Of a stretch of DNA of 64,000 nucleotides, positions 16,242 to 31,000 are shown one piece after another; position 1 is the first letter of the stretch, and each line of letters opens with the position of its first letter. A program made the position numbers and the translations under genes. Source of the DNA: the human T2T-CHM13v2.0 reference genome, Homo sapiens; assembly GCF_009914755.1 (NCBI RefSeq), contig NC_060925.1, one strand, 5' to 3'. Below the pieces are notes generated by a model. It did not search any database. It worked only from the letters and a program-made list of their open reading frames with translations, and was not told where the DNA came from.

Positions 16242-17154
16242 GATAATAATTCAGGTTAAGGTTAAGTTTTATTCCAGTGTGTGTGCTATCAATTTCCTTC
16301 AGGATGTTTTTTTTTTCCTAGTGATTATTTTCATCTTCCCTTTTATGTTGGAGTCTTGCCTCACACAACTGGTGATCTTGAGCTGTTTGTTTATACATGA
16401 GCATGAGAAATTTAAATGATGGTTTGAATATATACATACATAAGCAGATGTTGTTGACTGATAGGCTTTGTTTGCTTTTAAAGTGCAATGAAGAGATGAC
16501 TCATTAGGGCACCCGCAAACACCAGGTCTTTCTTTAAGAAGTATTGAGTTTCTCCAAAGAAGAAATTTATAATGATCTATGGAGGGAATAGATTCTCCAT
16601 CTGCCTTTGAGTGAAGGGGGAGAGATGGACCTGTGCTTCGTACCTACAAGTCACTGTACTCTGAGGCCTAGGCTTTTTCTCTCAGTTTTTTCAGAAAGCA
16701 CATCTTTGATCCCTCACCTAAGAAATCGATGCTTGGATGCTGGCATTCTCTGTGTGTATGTGTTAAAGAAACAAACGAAAGTGTGTAGTCATTGTGCTTT
16801 TGAAGTCCAAGGTTAAATTTTAAAATTGTAGCAAAACTGCGATGGGATTGCAGACCTTATGACCTCAAGAATAGTGCTCTTTCCAATATATTACGCTACT
16901 TCATGTTTACAAAATGAATGAAATGAAAGATCTTAGAGAATAAAAGTTTCTCAGTTGGACTGCATGTGGTGTTCAGTGTTAAATTCTGGATGAACATTGT
17001 TATTTCTGATGAATATTGATGAAAAAAATTTGCATCCAGCAGAAAGCAACCAGGAATTTTATGGGGATTGGAAATCACAAAGACATGGCCCAGATTGGAA
17101 GATAGAAGCCTAAAGGAAGACATGATATTGACCTTCACATTTTTGAGAACCATC

Positions 17155-17458
<304 letters not shown>

Positions 17459-17519
17459 TATCATGCACTATATTTCTGAAAAGGAAAAAATTCAGGACAA
17501 ATAGATAGATTTGAGTTGA

Positions 17520-17851
<332 letters not shown>

Positions 17852-19894
17852 AGAAAACGTGTTTCTAATAATGAGAGCTATTCAATAATAGTCTGACTTG
17901 TACTCTGACAGAAGGATTTATCTAAAATGTCAGGACATAGGTAGAAAGGATTTCTGCATTTGATGAGGAATTAGAGGATTTCTAGTATCCCTTTAAGTCT
18001 GAGAAAATTAGCTTAATATGGTAATAAGTATCTTTTAAAAATACAAAAATCTATGTATTTATTTATGATGAAACTGAAGTATGTTGAATCCCTTAAAAGT
18101 GCAAGAAACATTTAAATGAGATTAATATATGGCATAAGGGATTTTGTACCATAAATATATGATATAAAATTATCCCCTACCGTGACCAAGATGGATATGA
18201 TAATATATGTAAATCAAGATGTATACACACACACATTACATTATATGTTTAAAATCAGAAGTTAAAAGGCTATCATCAAATTTTAAAAAATCTTCACCGT
18301 ATTAACAGATGATATTGAAATATCTTTTTTACTCCTGAAGCATAAAGGTTGTTTTGAATTCCCAAAGATAGGGAACGTTATCTCAGAAGTGGCAACACCT
18401 TTACAAATTACTAAATTGACCTTTCAGAATTTTGGAGAAGAATGACTAATGGATTTATCATTAATATGAACATTATTCCAATTTTAATCTTATATTAAAG
18501 AGTTCTTAGATTCATTGACATGCTTGCCAAAATGCTAATAGGTAAGGTCTATTAAAATGCATTATCAGCCTTTTCATGATCTGTGTAGTGCTGATGAAAT
18601 ATCACATTTATGAGAAAAATCTCCAGTGCTTTCAAGATCCCTAGGCAGCTCTGTCATATTGGCATCAACTGGGCTGTGTGCTTAGTTTCCTTGATTATTC
18701 TGAAATCCATACATTCATACACTTAGCTTGTCATGCAAAAAAAAAAAAACTGTTCTATGCCTATTGCTGTTATTTTATGTGAACAACTTCTAGTTGTACT
18801 ATGAGAAATTCACTTAGATCTTAAAATTCTCAGTTTCGTTCTCTTTGTTGTATTTCCGCTGTTATACTGTCAGTGTTTGTTCCCAGTGATGATCATCAGA
18901 ATCCAGAACTAACAGCTAACTAACAGCTTGCTGTTTCAAAATATTTATATCAATATTTGTGTTAAATGCTGTCTTTGTAGTCTGCTAATTTGCATTTGTT
19001 TTCAAGGATGAAGCAAAAAAACTTTAAAAGTGATGTTTATGAATATGCGTCGAGTTTCTAGGAAACTCAATTCAAAAGATTTGAACATAATCTCTCATCC
19101 TTATAATGACTAACTGGCAGCTCCAATATACTCACCATCATACTTTTTAAATAATCTTGCTCTGGCAGAAAAATATACAGAACCAACAAATGCAATATGC
19201 TAATGACAAACCTAAAAAAAATTGAGATCACTTCTGCATCTGGGAAACACAATACTCAAGATTTTTAGTTTTCTGGAGTTGAAGTCTGTTAATATATTAA
19301 ACTATCTAGGCAGCATGTTTCCAATTGTGCTTTAATTAATAAAGAATAGAAACGTGAAAGAAGTCAGTATGTCCTTTCAGACTGCTAACATGTGCAGCAC
19401 CTAAAAATCAAAGCAGCAACTTAGGGTAAAAATCTACAGGGTGGTGTTTGTATTTGCCCTCCTTTTGCAATCACATATCGACTCTTCAGAATTTTCACCA
19501 ACTTAATTTTAAAGTCACAATTAGTATTAAGTGGAAAATAGAAATGCAAATGATAATAATCTGGAATATATCTAGACTATTGGGATTGAGTAGATGCTTG
19601 CTGATAAAATATTCCTCTTTAGACACATGTACAGGGTAGGCAAATAACATTATAACTGAGTAGTTACTGAAATGGTATAAACACAAACAAAAGAAACACT
19701 TTAATTACAGACATTAAACATTTCTATATGTAGGTATAGGATACATATGTGTTCTTGGTAGATAACAATAAGAGAGAGCTCAATCTGGTATATTATAATC
19801 AGAAATGTCATGATTATCAAGCCAAACATACAGGTGAACAAATTTAGACATTGTAAACAAGGACCAGCTCAGTAAATGGAGGGCAATCACAGCA

Positions 19895-20105
19895 AGTCAT
19901 TTATTTAGCACCTATCGTGTGCATGGTGTTTTATATGTTATCTCGTCTATCCACACAAACCCCCTTTTGGGATGTGTCTTCTTATACCTCAGAGATGAAA
20001 AATAAAATTCAGGGTTTAAGTAAAGGGTAAGGTCACACACCAAAATAATGGCGGATCTAGAGGTTGGAACTCAGTCTTTTTTAAAGCCAGACCACACTGC
20101 CTCTT
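19895..20105 (-). mobile_element. MIR
   Basis: agatgaaaaa...aaggtcacac...ggatctagaggttggaactcagtct. Confidence 0.7.
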
Positions 20106-20394
20106 TATGTTTTGAATTATTACAAGTTCTATTGGTCATATTTCAGTTGAAGCATATACCATAAATAACTAGGCTCACATTAAGACCCATCCTAACCTCT
20201 TTATAAATTGCCTTCTCTGCTATTGAGGCTAGAAAACTAAAAACTCACTTTCATAGATTTCCTTGTTTTTAGTGTTAGCCATGTGACTTAGTCATGGCCA
20301 ATGAGACATTAGAAGGATATTAAAAGAAACAGAACTTAAAATGGGAATTTGGTTATTGGAGATAGTTTGGTGCTAGATTGGAAAACACTAATTT

Positions 20395-20690
20395 GGCCAG
20401 GCACGGTGGCTCACACCTGTAATCCTAACACTTTGGAAGGCTGAAAGAGATGGATCACCTGAGGTCAGGAGTTCAAAACCAGCCTGGACAACATGGAGAA
20501 ACCCCATTTCAACTAAAAATTCAAAAAAATTAGCTGGCGAGGTGGTGGGCTCCTGTAGTCCCAGCTACTTGGGAGGTTGAGGCAGGAGAATTGCTTGAAC
20601 CCAGGAGGCAGAGGTTGCGGTGTTCTGATATCACACCACTGCCCTAGCCTGGGTGACAGAGTGATACTCTATCTCAAAATAATAATAATA
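20395..20690 (+). mobile_element. AluS
   Basis: Alu consensus, (TAA)n tail. Confidence 0.93.
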
Positions 20691-21756
20691 AGTAATTATG
20701 TAAATCCTATGTAATTTTTTTTTTTACAAATCCCATCTTCTCTACCATGTGATGCAGATCATTATCATTTGCGGGTTTGACATTAATAGAAATGATAGGC
20801 GCTTTTAAGAATATTGGTGTGTGCTGCCTCCTCTTTGACCCTTTGAGCAAATTTCTGTGAGGAACAGATTAACTTGGACTAGAGGTTGCCAATCTGTGAG
20901 CAGAGACAGAAGTTAATAACTGCTTTGCTAACAGAGATGCTCAACATGTACAATGTGTGTCCGTTTAATAAGAGTCCTTGTAATTTGGCATCTTAAAATG
21001 TTGAAAAACACAACTGCTATGCCCCAAACTAATGGGGTCATAAGCAGTGGCTAGGAAATGTAGGGCTTTAGCTAGAGATAAACCTCAGGACTTCACAAGT
21101 ATGTGAGTCCAAGACAAAGATCAGATTAGGAATGTTGTTTTGTCTAATAATGGCTGAGCAATTCAAAACAACTCTCCTCTCCCCCTGCTGACATCTAAGC
21201 ATTAAAGAGCTATCAATACAGTAAATAATTTACTAGACAAGGCACAGGAGAAGATGAGAATTCAGATATGAGTCTACCTCAAAACTGCTTTTGCCCTGAG
21301 GTCATGTGCCTATCTAAAAGAATACCTGACTAACTGAGAAAGAGCTGTGCTTTTGGCTGCATTGCGGGAGCAGGAGGAAAAAAAAAAATCCAAGTCATGG
21401 CAACCAAAGGTAAGAACTCTGATTAACTTCCACCTCTTCTTTCAGCCAGGATCCCCAAAAGCCATAACCTTAGAGTGAGTAATAATGGAAGTAAACTAGC
21501 TTAGTATGAGATTTGCAAGCACACTGCTAGTTATCCAGGTGGTTTAGGTAACTTAAAGTCTTGTACTTGAACTTAGAAGGTCTCAGACTGATAGTGACCC
21601 AGGAACCTGACGGAAACATTTGAAAAGCCTCTACCAGGGAAGATGCTGTCATTCTAGTACTAAGAGTATTCCTACAAAGTATTTTTCAAATGCAATGGCC
21701 AGCACAGCAAAGGTACCAGGGAGTTAGGAAAACAAGACACCATGAGTGAGAAGTAG

Positions 21757-21787
21757 GAAGAAGAAGAAGAAGAAAGAAGAAGAAGAA
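21757..21787. repeat. (GAA)n imperfect repeat
   Basis: Direct reading. Confidence 0.9.
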
Positions 21788-21909
21788 AACAATCAGTCAA
21801 TCTTATTATGTTTAAAGAATAAAATCCAAGCTAGAAAATTTTAACAATTAGTGAATTGTTGCCCTGCCACCCAAATTGGTTGTTTTGGATGAATGCAAGT
21901 ACTGGCTGC

Positions 21910-21952
21910 CAAACAAACAAACAAACAAACAAAACAAAACAAACAAAAAAAC
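21910..21952. repeat. (CAAA)n repeat
   Basis: Direct reading. Confidence 0.9.
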
Positions 21953-22644
21953 AGCAACAGAGCTTAGAAGCCAGCATCTAAGACCATAAATTCTAGAAAA
22001 CTGTCTAGACCAGATTCTTGGTTGTGGTCACTTGCTCATGAAACTGACCACGAACAAAGAAGCCAGAAGCCTGCAATATCATTGAAAGTTCCTGTTACTA
22101 AAGAAATCCCAACTTGGCCAGCTGTGACCTGCCCTCAGGCAATCATAAAACTACTGAACTTGGACCAATAGGCCCCTAGTGGGCTACTAGAACAATGCAT
22201 TCTCCAGAAATATTGTCCTCTGCAGTGGCCACCTCATATGTGGTCATGGAAGATAACAGACATGGAATATTCTGTTTGTCTACCCAAGAAAACACCTCTT
22301 GAACAGGAACTTTTCACTATACCCGTGTAGCAGGATTTATTGTTTGCTGTGAATTAGTAACTATTTCTTTCTCATTTTCTATTTTTCCTAATGTGGACAT
22401 TTTGTTGTGGTTATTCTTATTCCATTCCTTCTCTACCATTCAGTGCTGGTGTGTTATAGGCAGATAATTTGTATTTTAATTTAGTTGACAGATAATTAAG
22501 AGTTACACCCAAACCTGATGGACAGGACTGCACATGGCTTTAAATTAAATACAGTAACAGATGCAACAATGGTACCATCTTCTTTGGGAAAGGAATGAAG
22601 CACTTCATATAAAGTTTAAGTAAAGAAGGAGAGTTGTTGGATAT

Positions 22645-23339
22645 TGTATCAGTCAGGGACTAGTCAGGAGACAAAATCCACACCAGTAATTTGAACTGAG
22701 AAAATATAATATGAAGCTTTATTAAGTAATACAAGATGAATAACTTTTAAAATGAACAAAAGGGAACTCTAGAGAATACAAATATAGTAAATATTGGGAG
22801 AAGTTACCACCTCTAGGCCCATGGGAGAGAACCCAAGGAATGGAAAAGTTTGGAAGAGCCTCTCCCAACCCATAAACAATGCAATTCAGACTTCATTGGA
22901 GAGGATGTGGCTGCAGCCTGCTGGATTGTGGGGTTCTCTGAGACGTCATGGGCGAGAGCTGTTCTGCAGCTAGTGGTCTGACCCTGATGAGCAGAAAACT
23001 GCCCATGGTGGTGCAGATGGGCTGGAATTGATAAGCAAGGACCTACCTTTGTTGGAGTATGAGCAAAACTCACTAGCTGTTAGGCACTACTGGTTCTCCT
23101 GCATAGAGCTAATAGCCAAGCCACTGAAGAAAGAAAGCAGACAATTGGAACCGGAGGAGGGAAGGGGTAACACTTTCCCCAGTCATGCGTTGACATATCC
23201 CTCCAGAACCCTTTATTTTCAGACTAATGTTATACAAATTAGTAAAGGTAAAATGTTACAGATCCAGGTCCAGTTTTACCAAGTATAGCAAAAAATAAAT
23301 TATTTGAAACTGAGAGCTAAAAAATTGGTGACTGACACA
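22645..23339 (-). mobile_element. Old ERVL-class solo LTR, family not assigned
   Basis: TG...CA termini: tgtatcagtcagggactagtcaggagac ... ggtgactgacaca. Confidence 0.6.
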
Positions 23340-23593
23340 AATGTTGATTCTGCAATGAGGTGGAGTATGGAAAATTTCATAGATTTGATCACTCAATGTT
23401 CATTCCAACACTGCAACTTAACTCATGTTATTATTGTTTTTCTAAACTTCTTTTATCTAAGAATGGCAATATGACTTCATTTTGAGCAATGAGATCTGCT
23501 AGTTCTTCTTCCATTTTTTTTCTTTTTTCTGAAATATGCACAAAATGACTGTAGCTGCAACAGTCATCTTACCAGTGATAACTAAAGGCTAAT

Positions 23594-23722
23594 GCTGGAC
23601 ACAGTGGTGCATGCCTGTAGTCCCAGATACTTGGGAGGCTGAGGTGGGAGGATCATTTGAGTCTTACCTGGGCAATATCGTAAGGCCTTGTCTCTAAATA
23701 AATAAACATTTTTTTTAAAAAA
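23594..23722 (+). mobile_element. FLAM (free left Alu monomer)
   Basis: Single monomer with A-rich tail; TSD aaaggctaa. Confidence 0.85.
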
Positions 23723-26444
23723 GAAAAGGCTAAGACTTTTACACATAAACATAATTTACAAAAACATACAGGATTATAATTTGTATATTATAAGAGAGAA
23801 ATCTAGAGAATACAGAAATAGTAAATACTGGGAGAAGTCAGCACCTCTAGGCCTAAGGAAGAGAACCCAAGAAAGGAAATGTTTGGAGGATCCTCTCCCC
23901 ACACATTAATGATGAGATTCACACTCCAGCGGAGAGGATGTGGCTGCAGCCTGCCGGATTGTGGAGTTCTGTGAGATATTTTGGGCCAGAACTATTGATA
24001 GTCACTGAATCTGTGTAAGTGTGTATATATGTAACTAGAAAGACATATATATCCAGATTCACAAAATTCATCTAAATAAACAAATACACTCTAGATTGTG
24101 AGTTTAGCCATGACATATTTATAGATAAGGCATCACACTCAGATGTACCATGAACTATAACAACTTTTTATTCCTTTAACTTTAATATTCTTGGTATATT
24201 CTTCAATCACATTTCCTCCTGCTGGCACTGGCATGGGAGAGGGAAAAACTAGATATCAATTTACTTTGGCTTAATACAGTAATTAATGATAATCTTTTAA
24301 ATAAGTGGATCTTTTTCATAATTCCTTGAGTTCTCCATGATCCTCTCTAAGATGACCTATGAATGTAGAGGGGGCTTATGTTACTGGTGGCTCTAAGGCT
24401 TAAAAGGGAACCCTGACTTATATGTAGGTAACAGTGGCTGGTGTCTGCTGCGATGTCATTGATCATTCTTGTCCCTAGGAGTTCTGCTGGCATCTGCTGC
24501 TAAGACTTGCATTTGATGTAAGCACTGGCAACTTAATTTGGGTCTGGTGGCTTTCCTTAGCTCACTAGGCCCTGTGTCATCTCTTTCTTTCTCTGCTGGT
24601 ATCTCTGAGGTCTTCCATGTGCTCCAAATGACTCCTCGCACAAGGTTGGTTACCCTGCAGACTTTGATTCAAGGTTGTTTATATTTTTGCCATAGCCGTT
24701 CTCATGATTCAATCCTTGGCTCTTACTTTTGATCTGGCTTATCCCTTAAAGGATATGTTTGAACTTTGGTCCTTCTAGATGATATGGGAGGCAAGAAAAA
24801 CATGAGAGTACTAAACTCCTTCTACCTGACCTCACTGTTTGATACTCTTTACTGTGCTGGAACCATCCCTTATTGTCTCAAGGCTGTCTTATACAAATGA
24901 TATTCTCCCAGCAACCCAAGTAGGTAGGAACACACCCATCTTTGGCATTCCTCTCAAACTACCAAACATTCCTCTCTGCTTCTAAGACGTGGCCTGGAGT
25001 TGACAGGTCCAGGGCACAGGATGATGCATTATGATCCTTCTCCTGCCCTCTCTTCTGCCTTCCACAGTCCCTTGGGGTTGGAAGAGGCAGGATTGTCACC
25101 CTTTTTACTTTTTCCAGCTCCTCTTCCATCCCTTCTATTTCTCATTCCATGGTAGGACCTGTTCTCCCAGTGGCTATAATTAGATGTAGTGCAGGGAGAG
25201 AAAATGACTTTCTGATAAAGAAAAATAAATGAGGGGTACTTAAAATATGTACCTGTTACACAGACTTTAGCATGCTTTCTACCAGAATTTTCCATTCCTA
25301 CCATCTTCTCAGTGACATTATTCAAACAAATTGGCAATGGTTTTGGAAAAAAGAACAACTTGCATGTTGAAGTAGTAATATTTAACATTAGCCATCCTGC
25401 AGGTAATAAAAAATTAGTAAAAATTTTATTAAATATATTTAGGAAACTTATTTATATCGGCTCCACATTATTTTCTGTAACTTTTTTGATAAAAATAATA
25501 CAATATTATAAAAACTTTAAAACATATAGAAAATTAATAAAAATACAAATAGCAAACATTTTACAAGTAAAATAACGTAAAACCTCTTTCAAAATCATAC
25601 CAGACAAGCACTTTTAGAGAATAACCTTTAATATGTGTTTTTGTGAGTGTGTGTATATTGTCTTACTATGTATATTTGAATGAGCATTTTTAAAGTCTTC
25701 AAAGAATAAATCTTTTTCCAATTAATTTTTCTTCTCTTAAATTGTCTAAGGACTCTGGAACTTATTTAGCCACTTCTGCTTTCAGGACTTCATTTGTCAG
25801 ACAGAAAGAAAGAAAACTGGTAATTCCAAACTGTCTACTGGCCCATTGTTTTAATCACTACCCCACTATCTCCATTGATCTTTGGTCTGCAAGGTATCGT
25901 GACTTTTTTTTTTCCTGCTGAGGAAGTCCCTCTGGTGTTCTGGATTATTGCCAATGCCATACTGGCACTCCACTCTGGCCTCTGAGGTTACCAGTCATTG
26001 CGCACACTCATGTACCATTCATTTTTCCTAAAGATGACACTGTGTCAGAATGGCTGGGTCCATGGGGTCAAGAGGGACTTAGTCTGGAGTAGGGAGGCCC
26101 AGAGAATCTTCCACATATAGACCCAGGACGTATTAGCATCAGCCCTCTCCCGTAAACCTGGTGTTGAGGCCAGAACTCCAGTCCACAGTCCATGTAATAC
26201 TTCAAATTCATGTTGAGTTACCCTTTATAGTGTTTAATATTCTTTCCTGCCAGCAAATATCAACTGAGACCATTCCAATTTATCTTATGAAAGGGTCTAC
26301 AGTGAGCCTGAAAAGTAAAAGGATTGGGATCACTTCCTCGGTGAGCTGAAATGCATACCATGAATACATGTGTTGGGTCCCCTTTGTGAAGCCATATGAA
26401 GTTTCTTTCCCAAAGTCGGGGGCCCATAAAAGATTTGTTTCTAT

Positions 26445-26710
26445 CCTTCAGATATCCTCTTAAATTTCACCTCTTCAGAGAAATCTTTCCTAACCCCCAA
26501 TCATCCCACCCAACCTATAAATAGATTAAATCTTTCTTTTGTATACTTCCGTAATTCTCCGTAATTTTCCTCCGCTGAATTTATCCCATTGTAAAATTTT
26601 TGGAGTTATTTTCATATTGCCCATCCTTCCTCATAAATCACTATACTCCTAGCACCTACCACAGTACTTGAAACATAGTGGGAACTCAAGCAAACAATTA
26701 TTGTTTGATT
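26445..26710 (+). mobile_element. L2 3' end
   Basis: tcacctcttcagagaaatctttcctaaccccc...cctagcacctaccacagtacttgaaacatagtgggaactcaa. Confidence 0.75.
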
Positions 26711-27387
26711 TAGAACTAAATGGGTCTGAGGAAGTCTATCTAATAAATCTCATTCTTCCCTAACTGTGATCTAGGCCAATGGGGAAATAAGACAAAACAA
26801 TAGGGCAGACGAGAGACCAAAAAATCACATGTATGATTGCTAAAGCTAGTAATATGGAATACAGTATATGTGCAGATAACGGGCTTTTCAAATACTGCAT
26901 AACAGGAGTTAGATAGATTTTCCCAGGCAATCACCACAGTACTAAGCAGACACTTCCTCTCTGCATTAGCCTCTGGTCCTGCCAAGCTCAGCATGTCTGC
27001 TGCCACCCCTGTCCTCTGAAGGGACATGGGCGGAGCTAACCTCCAATCAAATTAAACTGCTTTTCTAGCTGTTATACATTCCTCCACATGGAAAGGAAAC
27101 AGGAGTGAAGGAATTATTTATCCACCATGACAAGTTACATTTTCTATGTCAATACATATAAATTTCATGTCAAAATTTTCAGTGCCTATAGTATACATGT
27201 ATGTCCATGGTGTTTGTGCCATAACTTGTATCTAAATAAGTTCTATCTATATTAATGGACATTTAATATATCATTAATCTGCAAGAAATTATTTGCATTT
27301 ATACTGTTATCTTCTTTTCTGTATAATTCTATAAATGAGGTTTTGGGTAAAAGTTTAAACATATCTTATATTTTAAAACATATTGTC

Positions 27388-27686
27388 AGCCGGGTGTGGT
27401 GGCTCGGCCTTTTGGGAGGCCGAGGTGGGTGGATCAGGTGAGGTCAGGAGTTGGAGACCAGCTTGGCCAACATGGTGAAACCCCGTCTCTACTAAGAATA
27501 CAAAAATTAGCCAGGCTTGGTGGCACATGCCTGTAGTCCCAGCTACTCAGGAGGCTGAGGCAGGAGAATCACCTGAACCCAGGCAGTGGAGGTTGCAGTG
27601 AGCTGAGATTGTGCTACTGCACTCCAGTCTGGGCAACAGAGTGAGACTCTGTCTCAAAAAAATAAATAAATAAAAATAAAAATAAA
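27388..27686 (+). mobile_element. AluS (Sx-like) with a short 5' deletion
   Basis: Alu consensus. Confidence 0.93.
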
Positions 27687-28518
27687 TTGTCTAATTTTCA
27701 TAAGAAAAATATCAATTTGTACTTCTACCAACAGTGCACAAAAATTCCTGTTTCTTTATACTTTTGTTAATAATTTCTAATCTAATAAAGAACAATTGTA
27801 ATTTTTAATTTAATTTTTGAATTTTATTAATTTGAATATCTTTAGTAGCCATTTGTATTCTGTAATGACTTTCCTGTTTATATTTGTTCTGTTTGCCTAA
27901 TTAGTTTATTTTTTTTCCCTGTGCACTTGTAAAAAGCCCTATATATGTTAAGGAAACAAATCCTTTATCATCTGTGCTGAAATTATCTTTCCTTGTTTGC
28001 ATTTGACTTGCAAACATATTTATGGAGATTCTGAAACATGTTGGCCTTTCAGTTCTTTATATGGTTATATTTACCAATAATTTCTTTTATAATTTCTTCT
28101 TTGCATGATTTTAAGAATAGTCATCCATATTTTCTTTTGATATTTTAGAGTTACTTTTGTCACACTGAATATTGAATCTCTCTGGAATCTATTTAATACA
28201 AGGAGTGCATTTGAAATTTGGCCTAAAAAATTTTTAATGACCAACAAGTTATTCCAAAGCATTTATTAAATTATTGCTTCATCTCTTACTGTAAGTGCCA
28301 TCTTATCATATACTAAGTGCCCACATGTTCTCAAGTATATTTCTTGTCAACCTGTGCTGTCTGATTCTTCTCTTTCTTTGTAATCCTACATAGTATCACA
28401 TGGCTTAAATAGCTATAAAATACTTTTTTTTCCAAAAAATATTGTGGCTTATTTTTAAAATTCTCTATCCAACTAAATTTTGAAGCATTTTGACATGTTT
28501 CAAAAATACCAAATTGTG

Positions 28519-28830
28519 TTTTTATTTTAATTAATTTATTTATTTTTAGAGATAGAGTCTTGCTCTGTCACTCAGGCTAGAATGCAGTGGCAAGATCTCA
28601 GCTCACTGCAACCTCTGCCTCCTGGGCTCAAGGAAGTCTGGTCCCCCAGCCTCCTGAGTAGCTGGTATTACGGGCCTGCACCACCACACCTGGCTAATTT
28701 TTGTATTTTTAGTAGAGACAGAGTTTTGCCATGTTGGCCAGGCTGGTCTCAAACTCCTGACCTCAAGTGATCGGCCCGTCTCAGCCTCCCAAAGTGCTAG
28801 GATTATAGGTGTGAGCCACTACGCCCAGCC
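28519..28830 (-). mobile_element. Alu (J/old S)
   Basis: Alu consensus; TSD ccaaattgtgttttta / ccagattatgttttta. Confidence 0.92.
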
Positions 28831-30034
28831 CCAGATTATGTTTTTAAATAGTTTAAATTAAACTTATAGTGTAGGAAAAAGTTGTATTTTCATAATTTTA
28901 ATCTTCTTGTAAAGGAATGTCTCCTTATTTGTGTGGGAATTTAAAAAATGTTCATCAGTAAATTTTTATGATTGTCTTAATATAGGCTGTATTTTTATTT
29001 GTTAATTTTATTTCTAGAAATATTGTATTTTTCTGTTGTATTTGTTAATGATATATTTTCTTTCATTGTCCAAGTGATTATTGTTTATATACAGGAAAGT
29101 AATATATTTTGTTGGAGTAATGTTATACCTTACCAAAATCTCTAATTGTCTAAAAATTCTTGTACTCTGCTAGAAGGCTGGATATTGATGGCTTGTTTTC
29201 TTGCTCAGTCATTCAACCATCTGATAAGGGATGAAGAATAAATTGGAGAAATGGGCAGCTGTGCTTTTGTCACTATCCTCCCAAGTCCTGTTTGACCGCC
29301 TGTCACTGTGGATATTGATTTCATGAAGTGGGATTAGTGTGAAGTTCTACTGCTCATAAACTGGCTTTTGTTTCATCAGTTGACCTTATTCAAAAGCTCT
29401 CAAGCTACTTTTCCTCATTCTCCTCCAGTCCAATTTGCCATCAGTTGTCAACCCAATCAGAAGTTCTGATCAACAAAAAGGGAAATTGCTTGGCTGCAAA
29501 TTCTCTCTTCAGTCCTGCATCCCTTTTATCCCCAAGTCTTTATAAACCCTCTTGGCTGGGGTTCTCACTAGGGCCGTCAAACTTGTTCAGTATTGAACTT
29601 GCCCATATACTACACTGATTTTGTGATTAAGGAAGATACAGTGTACTTGGGCTTTAAATTAAATTGAACCTGGCAGATATTCTTCATTCATTCAGCTTCC
29701 AGTTATTCTCCTGAGTTTATGATGGGGGTTGTGACTGTTCCTTGTTTTCATGCTTATTTCCCTTGTTTTCCCATATTTTTGTGTGTTTTTTTTTTTCATT
29801 TTGGCTGCTTTTAGAAAAGGGTTATAGGCAAAAGAGCACATATTCATTGTCTTTCCTAGAAATCCACACATTATTACTACAATAACCACTCAATAAATAT
29901 TGGCTATTATTATTATGCTTTCCTTAAATGGAGTATCATCTTTACTTTTGCTTGGTCTTACTCTTTCTTCAAGTTGTGAAACTTAAGTTGTTTTAAATTT
30001 ATGCATGCATTTAAAGCCTTAAAAAAAAACTACT

Positions 30035-30370
<336 letters not shown>

Positions 30371-30844
30371 TTATTCTTATACATGGCTCCTCTCAATTAA
30401 AACTATTTTATTTGGGCCCTTCATTTTTGCATTCTCTCATTGAGATATGGAAGTTTTATCTTCTATTTTGAAGATCATCAGTATTAATATATAACTGACA
30501 ATTTCCCTACTCATTACAGTTCTTGATGCATAGTGTTCATTGAAAATAAGATTGTATGTTGTAAATGTATGATTGCATAAATTTTTGAAAGCAGGGGTTA
30601 TGTATTATTTTTTAGTACATAAATCTTCAATAATGAAGTTATCTATTCTAAATTTGGAGGAATATTTGAATAGTTAAAGAGTCTGATTCTCTTAAAATGT
30701 ATAATATTCTTTTACATATTTTTCCTCTCATGTTGTATAGTAAGTGGATAATTAAGCAAACATTTTCAGTAATATTCTGGCATTATCTAAAATGCCAGTT
30801 CACACATTTTATAGTCTCAAAGTCTGGGTAATAAGGATGAAAAG

Positions 30845-31000
30845 GCAAGCTTAGAGTCTCAATAGACCTCAGCATGAATCTCACCTACACCAATGAATAG
30901 TTTCGTATCCTTAGTCAAGTTACTTACTATCTCTGCACCTCACTTTTTCCATCTGCAAAAATATGTCATAAAGTTGTTTAAATGTTAATACATGTAGTTA
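30845..31000 (+). mobile_element. MIR
   Basis: ccttagtcaagttacttactatctctgcacctcactttttccatctgcaaaa. Confidence 0.75.

Larger units (their letters stand above)
20185..23585 (+). mobile_element. Degenerate MLT1-type LTR and internal ERVL-MaLR sequence (interrupted)
   Basis: LTR motif gccatgtgacttagtcatggccaatgagac at ~20280 and a related motif at ~23465; GC-richer retroviral-like sequence in between. Confidence 0.5.
27100..29140 (-). mobile_element. Old L1M fragments (interrupted by two Alus)
   Basis: aatttgtacttctaccaacagtg; tagccatttgtatt; ttccaaagcatttattaaat; T-rich antisense L1 character. Confidence 0.6.

Noticed and set aside
19007-19260. Acceptor-like ttgttttcaag followed by coding-looking sequence (TLKVMFMNMRRVSRKLNSKDL..)
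   Set aside because: All three frames hit stops soon after the acceptor, there is no good donor and no recognised homology; at best a decayed ancient repeat.
25870-26440. GC-richer block that might be a processed pseudogene or retroviral internal sequence
   Set aside because: I could not obtain a recognisable translation, poly(A) tail or TSD; left unassigned.
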